Of a DNA stretch of 64,000 nucleotides, positions 35,490 to 49,789 are shown piece by piece. The notes beneath the pieces are model-generated. The model worked only from the letters and a program-made list of their open reading frames with translations, ran no database searches and had not been told where the DNA came from. Made by a program: the position numbers and the translations under genes. The stretch's first letter is position 1; each line of letters opens with the position of its first letter. The stretch comes from Trichoplax sp. H2 (Eukaryota), in assembly GCA_003344405.1 (NCBI GenBank), contig NOWV01000274.1, positions 1-64,000 on the forward strand. Reading direction: 5' to 3'.

Positions 35490-37557
35490 ATGCAGAAATA
35501 CTTCACGACCGCGATCATCTGCCTGATTATATTCTTCTCCAATGTAAGAAAATTCGATTCATGTATTTTAAAATAATTTTGGAAAAGCATATTTAATTCA
35601 GAAACGATACTTAGGATATTATAGAGCTTTATAACATTGATATTGCAATTTAAAATTCTATTTTAAGATGGAATGATAATATTAATTAGAACTAGAACAC
35701 TTAAAATCCGATTTATTCGCTTAAATTCGATCCTTAAAAGCAATGTAAACATTTAAATAGCCTGTAGGTAACAGGAAAGAAAATAGAGTGTACAATGATA
35801 TATTAATAAATACCATTTCTAAATTTTGATACTTTTAGAACATTAAATAGTTACTTTAAATAAATGAGACAGTCGATTTTGAACAGTTTGGCGTATAATT
35901 TTGTAACTTAGCTCATCAGACTTGAATGGAGTCTATTTGTTCTAGTTAGGATCAATAACTCAAATTAGCAAATGAAATATTACAGAGAGCCGTTGTTTCG
36001 TACACTATCTTGCAATAAACACCTAAATACTTATTAGAAAATATCAAGTCCTGAATATCTGGAGCGTATACCGATTAAGAACTATTAACCTTTTATACTG
36101 AGATTAATAACTTATCATGGTATATAGTGGTTACAGTTCAGTGATACGTTATACCGATGTTTTTCCTGCAAGAAAAATTTTCAAATCAAATCAAGTGTGA
36201 TAAATTCCGTTCAATTAGAGTCAAGTTTAACAGTTGCTCTTACAATCACCTGATTAAACTATTTTAATTTTCTATGCAATTTGCCAGCTGATGTTTAATA
36301 AAAGTGTAAAAATTATTGCTATATACTGCAATATCAATTATACTCGTATCTCAATTTTTCGACATATTTACGAATCATTAGGGAACTTTTAGGGCAATGT
36401 TTTACCATAATTGTTTTAAAGTTCAATTTTTACTCGATAAATTGAATACAACAGCCTTCAGAAAAAAAAATTCGTGAACCATTAATTTATAAGTGATCGA
36501 CCTTAAATTAAAAGTATTAAATATTCAATAAAACCTAGTTGTCAAATTCAGATACCTTACAATTATATTATAACTCTATGTCATTATACAAGGATTACAA
36601 CATCGCAAATTGCAAAAGATCTTAATATCGGACTATTTGTTGCATTTGACTAAGCTTAGCGTCTATAAATGTCACAACGATGATTTTATTCTATATATTT
36701 TATTCGTATAATTCAGTACGATAAAAAAAGCGCAATCTGATGATATTTACTTGATCTTTAAATTTCGATTTATACTATTTTAGGTCGATGGTGCCGCACA
36801 ACCTTTAAAAAGAAGTTGTGCTGATTTCTCAGCGAAAGGAACACCAGTCGTACGAAGAGTCATTTATGATGGCAATGATCAACCCTACAACGTCTTATGC
36901 GTATATCAAGGAGTTGATGTCTATACTATGATTGAGTCTTTTAATAAGACCAATTCATTAGATGCTAATATAGCCGCCAGTTTTTCTGTTGATAATCCCG
37001 TTAATCAAGATGTTGCCGATAATAAGGCATTCCCTATCGACTTATATCGATTATCTAAAGACCGTATGAAATATTTAGCAGATCGATCAACATTTATTTG
37101 GTCTTCTTGTGATGTTATAACAAATCCAAACAACACCTTTAATCCTCTATCAGTAGGTACTGATTATATTATCAGTGCTCTTAATGCTGATAGTCGAAAG
37201 CTACTCTTTGATACAGCATTTGTTCATAATGGTATTAATAATTGCATGACTGTTCGTGGTATGCTATTTGGAGAACACTTTGACGATAAATCAATACCAT
37301 TTTACAGCAAATCAAATGTCCATTTCCATTCTAGCATCGACGAATCGACAGATTTGTGCGGCAAGCATAACTTCAAATTCATCACTAATCCAGTTGATTC
37401 GGCACAGTGTGGTGTTCGAGATTATCCACCTAATGCACCTGCATCAGTCAATGTCTTTGGTTCCTATAATAAATGCACATCGCAATTTGCTTGCGCTAAA
37501 AATGATAATTCTATTACCACATGGTGGCTTGGTGCACCTATGCCTGGAACCAGCTAA
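35490..37557 (+). CDS. Secreted Cys-containing protein of an uncharacterised family (two exons: 35490-35543, 36784-37557)
   Basis: TATAAAAG at ~35369 precedes signal exon MQKYFTTAIICLIIFFSN|gtaag. The phase-0 acceptor leads to VDGAAQPLKRSCADF..., in frame with ORF 36928-37557, and AATAAA follows the stop. Clearly paralogous to 45808-46575. Confidence 0.85.
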
Positions 37558-40500
37558 AATAAATGATTATTGAATTAAATTATGACTTAAATGGAATAAA
37601 GTTGCTGCTAGACTTAAATTTGTCTTCATGAATGCCTATAAGAGCAACTATTTGCTGTTTAATGTCATAATATTAATAGCCTTGACGGTCATTTTATTAG
37701 AAGATATCGTTAAAACTAGTTGGTATCGTTGCGATGCCATAGTTAGATGATTTAATTTGATCTGACTAGTATTGGTAAATGATGTAGGAACTAGAATAAT
37801 ACTGTTATATTCTATTAGTTTTAATTATTCTGCTTCTATTAGTCTAGATTGTGCTTCTCTAAAAAATGATTAAATTATTATCATTTTCAACGAAAATCCA
37901 TGCTATAAAGACCTATTCTAGCGTTTAGCTTTAGTTACTATTTATTTACTGATATTTATTATAGTAATGATCGTAACTTCTGAAGTAGAAAAATAAGACT
38001 ATCATTTTAATTCATTCTACCCATTTAGATTATTTTATTTTATTAATAGCCATGGGTATAACATAGCAATGACTTCTCAATAGACTCATGATATAGATTT
38101 CAATATCATCAACTTTAAAAGATACATAGTTAATTCAATCATCCCATAGTATTGATAAGATAGCAATACTGAGCAAATATATGATTTACTACGTAAATAA
38201 AACTTTAAACCGTTAAAAAGGGCTTATAACTTCCAACGGGTTCGAATTTCTCAGCGTTCCATTAAATCGCTGTAGGCAACTAAACACGGCGGAAATATGG
38301 GCGTATACCTCAGATCCTGAGGAGATCTGATAACTATAATTAACTGAATATGATCCAATCTTATCATAAGTCCATGAGCGTGGGAAATTTGAGTTCTAGA
38401 TATTATCGGCTTATTTCCTAATGCTAAGAACAAGATTCTTAAAATTTGAATTCTATCTAAATCTAAAGAACCACTTGTACCTTCTTCAGTTTCCTCAACT
38501 GCTTGCTGATGTATCCTAGACTACCTACGGTAATTCAATTCACTACGGTTCTGTAGCACATTGTCAAAATTTTTAAGAAATGTAGAAGATTGAGAAATAA
38601 GAACAAAGAATTCCCTTTACTTTATTACTTTCGAGTGAAACAATATAATCTTGACACGTTGCAACCTAATAAGCTCCTCTACTATGATATAAATGCTATT
38701 GATGTAACTAGAAATTCGATTAGTTTCATTAAAGATATTAGAAAATGCTGTTACTGTATTTCTATAATTTATATACATAATATTGTATCCTTGATCTATA
38801 TCGGTCAGCTTGCTCACGCCAATTACATTTTATCAACCAGTACTAAAATCAATATAGATTATAGAGTAGAAGCAAAAGGTCTAGCATTTCATCCGATTTT
38901 TTAATTAAGGTAGTTCCGTAATTCTATTATCAAATTTTTTACGCTTTAATGATATTATTGAATCATATTCCACTAATATTATTTATTGAGTAGAATATAC
39001 TCTTACTCAACGAAACGATAAAGGTGTATTACAAGTAATTTTAGTGATATGATAGTAATAATTTATTTCGAACTTAGTCTGCTACTGAACAGCGTATAAA
39101 AACTAACTAAAAGTGATAGAAGAGGGATAAGTTACTAACTTATGGCAGAAAAAAGATGCACCATGATTAAACTAGTGTTGTTTCATATTTTATCCTCTCA
39201 AGTACCCAATGTTTAAGTTAAACTACTTATGTACATAGTTATATAACACTATCAGACTTGCCCAGTTTTAATAGCCTTTGCAACAGCTGCGTTTCAAACT
39301 TAATTTAAAGTAGGGTATATCCGGATGCACCGTAGAAGATTAGATCGGTATCTTGTTATATTTGCAATATAAAAGCTACTTCTTTCACATCTTAATTATG
39401 TTATGTAGCCGCATCTCTATGCCATGAATAATGAACAAGAAAACTAGGAAAGGTAGAAATTTAGAGCTGCTGCTATTTTAGACCCATAGAATACTTATTT
39501 AGTCATAGCATCAAATCAGTTGAGTCAAAGTAGAACGAAAAAGAAAAGGTCAAGAACAAACATCAATTTGATATAATTTACTTTGCAAGAACTCGCGTGA
39601 TATAGCCAAAGCGGAGGTAGATTTTGAAGTTATAGGGAGTTCACGTGCATAATGAGAAGGCACTGTATATCATCAACCTATCTATAAATGATTCTGAAAG
39701 GATATAAACAACAGGCACAAAATCAAAAGTAATTCTAAAAATATTTGTCGTAATTGTGAATTAGAGAGAGCCATATACCAGGAACGGGATTAATGTTAGA
39801 CTAAATAATACAAATCTATTCGCGTGACTTTATCATAGATAAAAGCAACGGATCAATGGTCCAGCTCTCGTGAGCTATATAGATAATTCTGATATGACAA
39901 CAATTGTAAATTTTTTAACAGCGGAGTCACGATTATTCACGATCATTTCCTAATGAGATTTAATTAGGATATGGTGACTGATAATATTTTATAGAATTGA
40001 AAGGGGAAGACCAAACTAGTAATTAATGACTTAACATTCAAGGATAAGCCACTATCATCATCAACAATAAATTATGGTAATAGGTCACGCTTGTAATAAC
40101 TGACTCTATGTTGACAGTACTTTAAATCTTCATTATTGGAATTAAACACACGGAACTGATAGTTAGGAGATAATAATCTCATAATGCAACATAATTTGCC
40201 CGGCTCCACCATAAGCCCTAAATACAAACATAAGTAGTATTACTTCATCTATAGTTCTAGATTACCAAGATTAACCTAGTTCGGATTTAAGCCCAACCCA
40301 TCTGACATTAAAAGTGTAGTTAGAGATTAATATTGGTCAACTTGATAAATTGCCGTAGTACCGTACGGGAATATATCTAAGTCAGCAATGATTTAAAGGT
40401 AGAAGAGGATAAATTGTGAGCAAGACCGAAGTTCTATAATTCATCCAACCAAAGAGATACTACCATCTGTTACCCATTACTAATTTTACGCGACGATGAA

Positions 40501-43500
40501 TAAATACCTGTCAGCATGTAAAATTAATAATTAAAACTACTCATTATGATGATTAAAAATTGAATTTTTTACAATTTTACTGAGTGCAATCTCATAATAA
40601 GGTTAATTTTGTAGGATGGATGATTAACCTGGAAGTGAACTAAAGTTTTTAAGATCATATTTGCATTGTTGTAGTTAAATTGAATTTAGGAATTAATTTT
40701 GCAGCTTTGTTGTAACACACCCAATATTCGTTTTGAAGAAATTGATTATTTTTCTCATATTACTAAGATGAAGCCATAAGAAAAAGAGAATACAAAAAAT
40801 CTTGTTAACAGATGTCATCAAGTCATTATTAATTGCTTGAGAAATGAAAGATAACATAAAACGTGCATATGTAAAGATCATATCCGGTTCAATAATTCAA
40901 TTAGCTAAAATAAATGAGTAAACTATCTGGGCTAATAACCGGAATTGAAAAATAGCTGAAATCAGAGCAGTATTTTCCGGCCATAGCATGAGAAAAAATC
41001 AAAATTTACAAATACTAAACATGAAAAATTTCAGTTTCATTCAAATTATTAGCAAACATTTGCCTATTCATGCTATTCTTTGAATTTTTGTGATTGGTTG
41101 ATCATTTTTACATATTGTGGCTTTCGCTTTGGTATTCTTAAGAGTTAATTTTGAATTCTTATTAGGATTATAACACTTCGAATAAAACGTATGAATTAGC
41201 TACTGTTAAATAATTTTTTGATTTTTATTCGGTTTATCGTAACTTTAATCCATCATGCCCCCCCCCTAATACTGATACTGTAGTAACGATAAGGAAACCC
41301 ATATGTAGTATAACATTAAATAAATTCTAAGTTAAGTTTGTAAATTGATGAAATTTTGTGTTAATCAAGACTCTGGCATTTTAAAGCTTTCTATCTCATA
41401 ACTTTTACATATTTAATCAAAATTGTATTTACTTCAAAATTGATTAGCTATTAAGAATCAATCGTGGTAGATAAACTCTCGTTATTAAACAAAAATGGCA
41501 TATGGAAATTAGCTGTTACATAACTCTACAAGTTTTGTACTGATACTATTTTACCAAGGTTCTAGGTCATACTGAACTATAGTTTACGCTTGTATGATAA
41601 TAGTTAAGAGAAGAATTTGCTAGTTCCGTAAGAATTATTTACAGAGGTGATATACTACACACCATTTCCATCAGCTACACTTACGTGCATAGCAGCAAAT
41701 ACTTAGATATGCTAGCATATCCATTTGCAGATAAAAGACATTAAACTAACACTCCAATTATCTTAGGAACCCAATAAATTAATTTTACTTATAACATACT
41801 ACTTCTAAATCGTCAGCGAATAAAATAATACAAAATAGTCTCCGTTTACTATCAGATTGCTTCTATCTCATAATTAATTGCCATTCAATTTCGTTTATGA
41901 CTTTTCTACCCATCGTTGTTACGTTGTTCAGTAGGGTATCAGATATGTTATAAGATACATTGCTATGCATGCTAATAACCCATACAAAAAAGCTAGAATG
42001 AAATTCATGTTGACGAAATTAGATAAAAAACAAGCTATTACTATTTATTTTATAAATTTTATCGTTAAAGTAATTAAAGACAATTAAATTATAGCTTTTA
42101 GATATCGACAGCCAGAACTTGAGGCACAAGTAAATTATTTGGATGCACTGTTGCTTAACATTAGCCAATATCTACCTCTGTAATCTTTATTGCAAGTCAT
42201 CTTATGTATAAGCGAATGTATGCTCAAAATAGAAATTTCACTGATCTTGATACCATCAATAAAATTCCTGTTCTGAGCGATATTTTTAAATTTAAACCAG
42301 ATCAATCATTAAGCTCTCCATGTCTATACTGAACTATAAGAAGTGGCAAAGGCTTCGATAGAGAATTTCTTAAATAAGGTGAATTAACTAGCTGTACTAG
42401 TTCTTTCATAACTATTGCTCACCAAAAATATTATTTAATCCTGATTTGAGTATTTGCAACACCTCCAGATAGAGCAATGGATATCTTCTTGTTTACACGA
42501 CTACTTTAAAATGCAGTCAAAAAGTTTATGAGAAAAATAATTAAATTTTGGCTTCTATGTTACAAATTTGATCCTATAATGAATTCTAAGTGAAATTCTT
42601 ACTCAATTAAATTATCATTGATAAAATTCAAATAGCACTAACAGGATTACTGTAGTTTAATTAAAGCGGCTTCTGCTAGATTATATGCAACGATAATGAT
42701 GTAATTCTTTTCAATTCCAATCAATTATTAACATCTGCAACATCTAAGTAAATTCAAATAACAAGGTTACTTTGAAATAATTTTATGAATATTAATACTT
42801 TCACGGCAGTTAAGCAAGCATATTCCTCGTATAGCTAGCAATAAATGAAATGATTTGCATCAACGTTTCTCATTTACTTTAAGGCCACAATTAAATGTAA
42901 AAATCATCGGCCAAAGCTGTTGACCATGTTAATCTGCATTTGTTTCATGAAAAGATAATTTTTATCAAATACTGTACCATCTGTATCTCTAAGCTTTCAG
43001 CAAATATTTGTTTTGCAACACATCTTTATCTTGAAATTATCTCGACGTTGGCTTCAAAAATAATATCATAGAATGGCTTCAAGTATAGCTGAGAAGTTAG
43101 CTTACAGCATTTCTAATGCTTTTTCTATAGGAAAATAGCTGAAGTCATTTATAGTAAAATCCCTTGTAAATGTCAAAATTATTCAAATAAGGATAAGAAC
43201 TTCACCTGGATCTATCAAATCCAGACTTATTTCGCTTGTAGGCTAAGGAAATCCAATAGATATTTTTGATATTTACAAGCTAATGAATAGACCTTAATTG
43301 ATCTACCTTTAAGGAGAAGTATAACTAAAGAATTATGGGTATCTATTCGTATAGATAATTATATGATTATAAATATTTGCTAATAATTATAGCAAATGTC
43401 AATGATACAAATCTGATTGAGCCTGTTTAGTTGGATGTTATAAGGATAAATCAATGCAACACCTGCGCAAACTAGATTCACATACAACAATTCAGCTCTC

Positions 43501-44930
43501 CAGCTGTTACTCTAATTCTAACAGAGAGTTTATTATAGAAATTATCTACTGCAAATTTAATAAAGTAATCAAGTTTAATGTACTACTGCCAATTTTATTG
43601 TTGGATGTATTCTAAAATTCTTAGAATTGTTGATCATTTCATTTTTATGATTGTTTCTCATTCATACATCTCAGTGAGAGGAAATAAGATAATACTCGAA
43701 AATAGATAAGACTAAGTAGGAGTTTAAGGAAGAGAATGTTTGCTATTCATCCAAGGATCGACTGAGCTCACTCTCGTCAACACATTGTCTGGATTTTGGA
43801 TACTAAATACTCAGTCTGATCGGATTTGTTAGTTTTACTGATGGTTCAAGTTTCCACCTGTAACAATTATTGCTTCCAGCTCTATTCTAAAATCAAATTA
43901 TAACATAAAAGATTCTGCTTATTCATGGCAAAAAAACGCCTTACTATCATTATAGTTTAATAAATATTAAACGTACAGAAAGATAGAATAGGTATTAGCT
44001 CGTTAAAGAAACTCTTTACTAAGAATTAGCCTGTTAGCTACCGTATAAGAATTGTGATGATCTCAATATTAAATTTAGTGCTTAAAAGATTATCGGTCTT
44101 AGATTATTAAGTCTATTTCATACACATATTACGAATATAATCTAGCTCCAAATTCTCCTGAGACAGCTTAGTAACAAAATTAAACAATGCGTTAGATATA
44201 CGTAAAAATTTATATAGTATATGTATCTACCGCATATTTACTTGTTAATCTATTTAGTTTAAAAATTAATTGCCTTTATGCAATCATGTATCCACTTGTA
44301 TCCTGTCATTGTGAAATAATGATGACCTAAATTGAATTATACTGCGGATTAGCTAATAAATCAATGACATTAATGTCTTATTTATTTATTTAAATCGATA
44401 ATCCATTTCCTCTTGCATATAAATTGACTCTTTAAATTGGAATTAATTGCACAAATTTATGAAAAAAGCAATCAGTTTATGGAAAAAATTTGTAAGCGAC
44501 ATTAAATGGACTCCTCTATATCTGATGCAATGTAATCAGTACCGATTGAATAGGCTAGATAAATAACGTAACTAAAATAGATCGAGATTTTATTTATTTA
44601 CAGTATATTAGGATATTTTTTGATCTCGTCACGCTAGACAATGTTAATAATAAATGAAATTGTAATTGTCAACATAAGGCCAGGGTTAGATGTCATGATA
44701 ATGTTGGACGATATCATTCATTATGGATTGTGTTTAATTTGTATAGAGTTCGAAATTACTACAAAAGTGCAATCCAACCTCTTTTTAAATTATTTCTGCA
44801 GCACAAATTACCAGTAAAGTATCATTAGAATTTTGATTTGAGGTATCATCAATCCATTGATTCCTTGTACATAAATTCTCAACTATCCATCAACTTACCT
44901 GAAATCTTATTCCAAGAATTTGAATCTAAC

Positions 44931-46575
44931 ATGATCAAATTAGCTACTAACATCTTCTTGACTCTTTTTTTATGCAGTGTAAGTTTATTATTACAATTTT
45001 TTTATCCTTGATTTCAATTCTCGATCATTAACTATGCTAATCCATTACTTTTCAGCTATCCTTTGAGATATCTTGTAGTAGATCTCAATCATTGATAACG
45101 TATCGTTCTTTTAGTACAATTTTTCACTTGAAATCTTTTATCACTCGTGTAATTTAAACAGTGGATGAAAATACTGTAATTTAGAACTTTTAATTTGTTC
45201 CCATAGAAAAAGATTGCTAGCGAATAGAATCAAACTGCTTTGCAATATAGATCTAATGCAAAATATTTCAACTACTGACAGATTTTAATCCGCGTATATT
45301 TTTACCGATATTTCTACTTATATGCGTATACTTCCATTACCTTACACAGGAAATAGCTTGGGCACTAAAGTCCCGCGGTTGATCTCTTTTTAAGCAACAT
45401 TTTTTTAATAGATATTACTACATAGTATTTGAATAAATTAGATAATTTTTTCCTTTATTAGCTAGTATAAATATTACTGTTGGAATATCTATAGTCAAAA
45501 CAAGGTTAAACCTGACTTGTTTGCTATTTTTATTAAACCAAGACGATGGAAAGGATATTAGCATATATTATTAATTAAAAATTGTAATTGAATAAAGGAA
45601 TCTCTAAGGTTTAGCACATAATATTGCTATCAGATTGGTTACGATAGCATTTGTTAAGTATTACTAATTTAGTGAATATCTACTAGTAGCATCAAAAGAC
45701 TAGCATTTACTCTATACTAAATTCAAAATTTTATTAATATTTTGTGTGAACTATTTTTACGACCACCAACATTCACTTTAATTATGCTTACCATTATGAC
45801 TTTTTAGTGTGTTAACGCTGCAACTTTTAAAGCCAGATCCTGCGTTGATTTCCCCCAAGCAGGAAGCAAAGTTGCTCAGAAGACAGTCTATGATGTTAAC
45901 GATCAGCCATATAACGTCTTGTGCTATTACGATGGGCTGGATATCTATACTTTAATTGAATCATTCAATAAGACCAATTCACTTCATTCTAAAATTGCAG
46001 CCAGCTTTGCAATTGACACAGCTGTTAACGAAGATACGTCTTCATCTGTATTTCCTCTTGATTTATATCGTTTATCCAAAGCCCGTATGGAATATCTTGC
46101 TTCGAAATCGACGATGTTCATGTCTTCTTGCAATGTAGTTATTAATCCAAATCAATTCCAATCATCGTCGGTTGGCCATGACTATATCAAGGGCACCCTT
46201 GATCAAAATAGTAAACGTTTATTTTTCGAAAGTGCTTGGCTAACATTAGCTTCCGACAATTGCTTAAGCGTTAGCGGAAACGTCTTTGGAGCTTCTTTTA
46301 GCGCTAAATCAATTCCAGTATTTAGTCGTAATGATATCCATTTGCATATGAGCGTTGATGAAAGCAAATCATACTGTGATAAGCATGATCTACTCCTCGT
46401 GTCAGAACCAGCTAAAGTAACAGCATGTGGAGTAAGCGATTATCCACCTGGAGCACCAGCAACAGCTAATCTATTTGGTAGCTATAATAAATGTACAAAA
46501 GATTTCTCTTGTTCTGGCGCGGATGGATCGATTACCAGTTGGTGGTTAGGCAGTACTGCTCCACCTATTTATTAA
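44931..46575 (+). CDS. Secreted Cys-containing protein, paralog of 35490-37557 (two exons: 44931-44978, 45808-46575)
   Basis: Signal exon MIKLATNIFLTLFLCS|gtaagt. Exon 2 (CVNAATFKARSCVDF...) is in frame with ORF 45919 and shares IESFNKTNSL, FP.DLYRLSK.RM.YLA, CGV.DYPP.APA and FGSYNKCT...IT.WWLG. Confidence 0.85.
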
Positions 46576-49500
46576 TCCAATTACTTTACATCAGCCCAGC
46601 TTTAGCTCCTTCTTATGTACACCGTTATATGGGCTTGTAAATCAATCTTTCAATTTTAGTTTTTAGATTATCAATAGTACTCGTATATTAGATTCTGTTG
46701 TAAATCAAAGCTCCAAAGCATAACATTAATAATTTAATGGATAACCGATACAAATAAGCTCAATAAGTATTAAAGTCCTTCGTTGTCATCAATGTCAGCT
46801 CTAGCCAATGCTATAGCAGAACTAATTTGGTAAATTCTGATTGAAATAGATTAGTTTCAAGTAAATAGAGAGAAGTCATTCTTTAGTTCTGATTATCCAC
46901 AAATTCGATAAACATAAGCCATTTAGATATAAACAGTAGTAACAGTTGCTGGAAGTAGATCATCTTTCATAGACATCTATTCCGTAGAGCTCCATAGCAG
47001 GTCTGATTTGATAATTTATTGAAAATTAGTTGAAATACATGAATTCATAAAATACTATAACTCATTGTGAAAAGATGCCTTAATTAATAGAGTATACGTA
47101 GATATCAATTATAATGAGCTTTATAGTAAGTCAGTTATAGTCATTCTGATCCATCATAAATGATTTCAAATAAATAGATCAATTGCTATTAGCTCTGTTC
47201 ATCGATAAAATTTAGTATTTGGTGGCTATTTCGATACGTACAAAGGTAAATTATAATATTATCTGTCATAGATAGCAAACCTATAGGACTGCTAGCATAT
47301 TTAACTCCTGCGTAGTGATGTAAGAAAACTATATGGTAGATTCTATAATTATTCCGCTATATTACTAATATCTACATCGATCGATTTTCCTATGTAATTC
47401 GAGAATCATTTATCCAATAAATTAACTCCAGCTACGCAACCATGCAATTATGTCTATTCTCTCTATGATAATATCAAAACTAAGCTAATCCGCGCAATAA
47501 GATATTTATTCAAACGAGCCATATAGAAAAAATATCAAGATGGCGATTTTAAAATTGTAGAATTGACGGACTAATTGGCGGCATTATCAACGATTTATTT
47601 TTTATACATCTTTTTAATATTTTAATCCCGAGTTTGCGAGAGCAGTATAAACCAAGTAGTGCAATGCTCCTTGAGTTGTGTAGATTAGTACACTGCAATC
47701 GGATATATTTCATTTTCGTTCTTGAAAATCTATTTGCGTAGTTTGATTAATATATCAAGTTTTCGTTAATTTTGGAGTGGGAAGGCATCCTATTAAGCAT
47801 TGTTCCTATTGTAAAAGATTAATTATAGTATGCAATATGCAGTATTGCGATATCCTATTCAGTAAAAGGATGTTCAAGATGGAAATTTAAGCTTTAATTT
47901 ACGTTTAATAATATTTATTTCGATGTCAAGTTCGATCAATTGGATGTTGAGATAGTTATTGGTCGTGAGTATCAATCTATTAAAATGAAACGGACAAGAA
48001 GACCGAATCCACGTACAGTATACGAAACAGAGAGTATGCTGAGTTTTAATAAGTTATGCTGCTAATTTATATTCAAAATTGTGATAGACCGACATAGATG
48101 GATTAGCAACACGAGCAACAGCAACATCTTGTAGAATAATCTACTAGTTCATACTGTAATACTGTATGTTCTCATAAATAAATATAATTAGAATTAATGG
48201 TAATCTATACGTTAAGTATTACAGGCATCCATGAATTATACAGGTATGCTGCAAAAGTGCTTATACAGTAAAGTATAGCAGTCGTAATATATTTCATTTT
48301 AGATAACTTATCCAGGAATGTACTGATGATGATTTATCTAGGATGCCTTACATGTTTTTGATAGATAACAGAGTACTTGTCCATTATTAATATCTGTGTA
48401 CTAATGCTGTAATTAATTTGTGTTTATATCGATTTACTCTAAATTGGTCGATTTTTTTTAATCCAGTTAAGCTTCCGTTATGTCTAGCAATATAGGTATA
48501 GCAATATACTACAGCCTCTTGATGCTAGGGGAGATCGTCGGTATTTAGAGTAATCAATAATAGGAATATACTGTACGCCAGTGTTCTTAAAAGTCAACCG
48601 GAAGCCCGACTCGAACCCGATTCGAGGGTAGGATTCGGGTTAAAAATTTCTGTGATGATACAGTGTTTGTATAGCGATTGTTTTCATGTCGGGTTCGAAA
48701 ATCAACAATTTGATTGGGGTTTAGGTTGCGTTTTCACTCCATTGAAAGACTCTACAGTACGTGTATATCTAAATTTTATAATTGAATAATTTAGAATCGT
48801 GCCATCGGTCGATGTCGAAGATCGGCCTAGCAGTAAGCCTGCAGTGTCTCATTTGATCACTGTAGTTATAATTTTCCTTCTTACAAATTTTCGGCTTGTA
48901 ATAAGATAATATAGAGATAGTATATCTATAGAACGAGAACAAGTAACATTGTCGATTAAATTCTTTCAACTGTAGAGCAAATTGATTTCAAAGTAGTAGG
49001 ATGATAGACAATGCGTGTTCAAATGCACCTAAAATGGCGATTTTCTCGCCAATTGCGAAATATTGGCAGGGAAATACTCCGCATTAAAGCGGTCTATCTC
49101 TACTAATAGAAGTTGTATAAGAAAAGTAATGCTAATTCTTCTTATTAGGCACTTTCAACGAGCCTAAAACCCCAAATTTACGACCAAATTATTCAACTAT
49201 TGCTCAAAGAAAATCAATATTTGCATGGAGGAAATGATTTTTCCAATCACCCAAAGTGGAATCTGCCTGGCCTGGCAATTTTGTCAAAATCCTTGTCATC
49301 GATGCGCACTGTATTCCATACTATACCCCGTATCACTTTTAGCCATTTGGTACCTTATCCTTGTTTAGACTGACGTCGCACCTGGGTACTACTGGTACCG
49401 ATCATCGACATTGACAATAGAGAATTCCTAACTGCAGCTTAGCTCCATACTGTACATTGATGACACAACTAGCGCATAAGTATCATTCGTCCCCAACGTC

Positions 49501-49789
49501 TCTTGTAGCCCTTACCTGAGCGATCCTACAGTACGTACTGTAGTCGGTAGACTATAACACAGTATCTTGTACTGTACGGTTTGTACCGTACCGTACAGTA
49601 CGGCAATGGACTGTTACCGTACCGTACAGGACCAGATCAAGATTTCAAAAATTTGCAAATGCCCATCATGGCGGCAAGCCTAATGTGATCTTGCCCAACA
49701 AATCAATTCAACCCTAAGAATCGACAGTAATGCCTGTTTTGCGTTATTAACTTTGTAAATTGAGTGGAAAACTGGACGAAATAAGCATA

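Noticed and set aside
38200..38262. tRNA-like T-loop (GGGTTCGAAT...CCA)
   Set aside because: No acceptor stem, D arm or anticodon arm could be folded.
40690..43700. Fragmentary - strand reading frames suggesting a decayed gene
   Set aside because: Frequent stops and no recognisable motif.
48598..48700. Short inverted repeats (aacccga/tcgggtt), possible MITE; similar hairpin-like sequence at 18764-18875
   Set aside because: No clear terminal inverted repeat pair with target-site duplication and no full second copy in the window.
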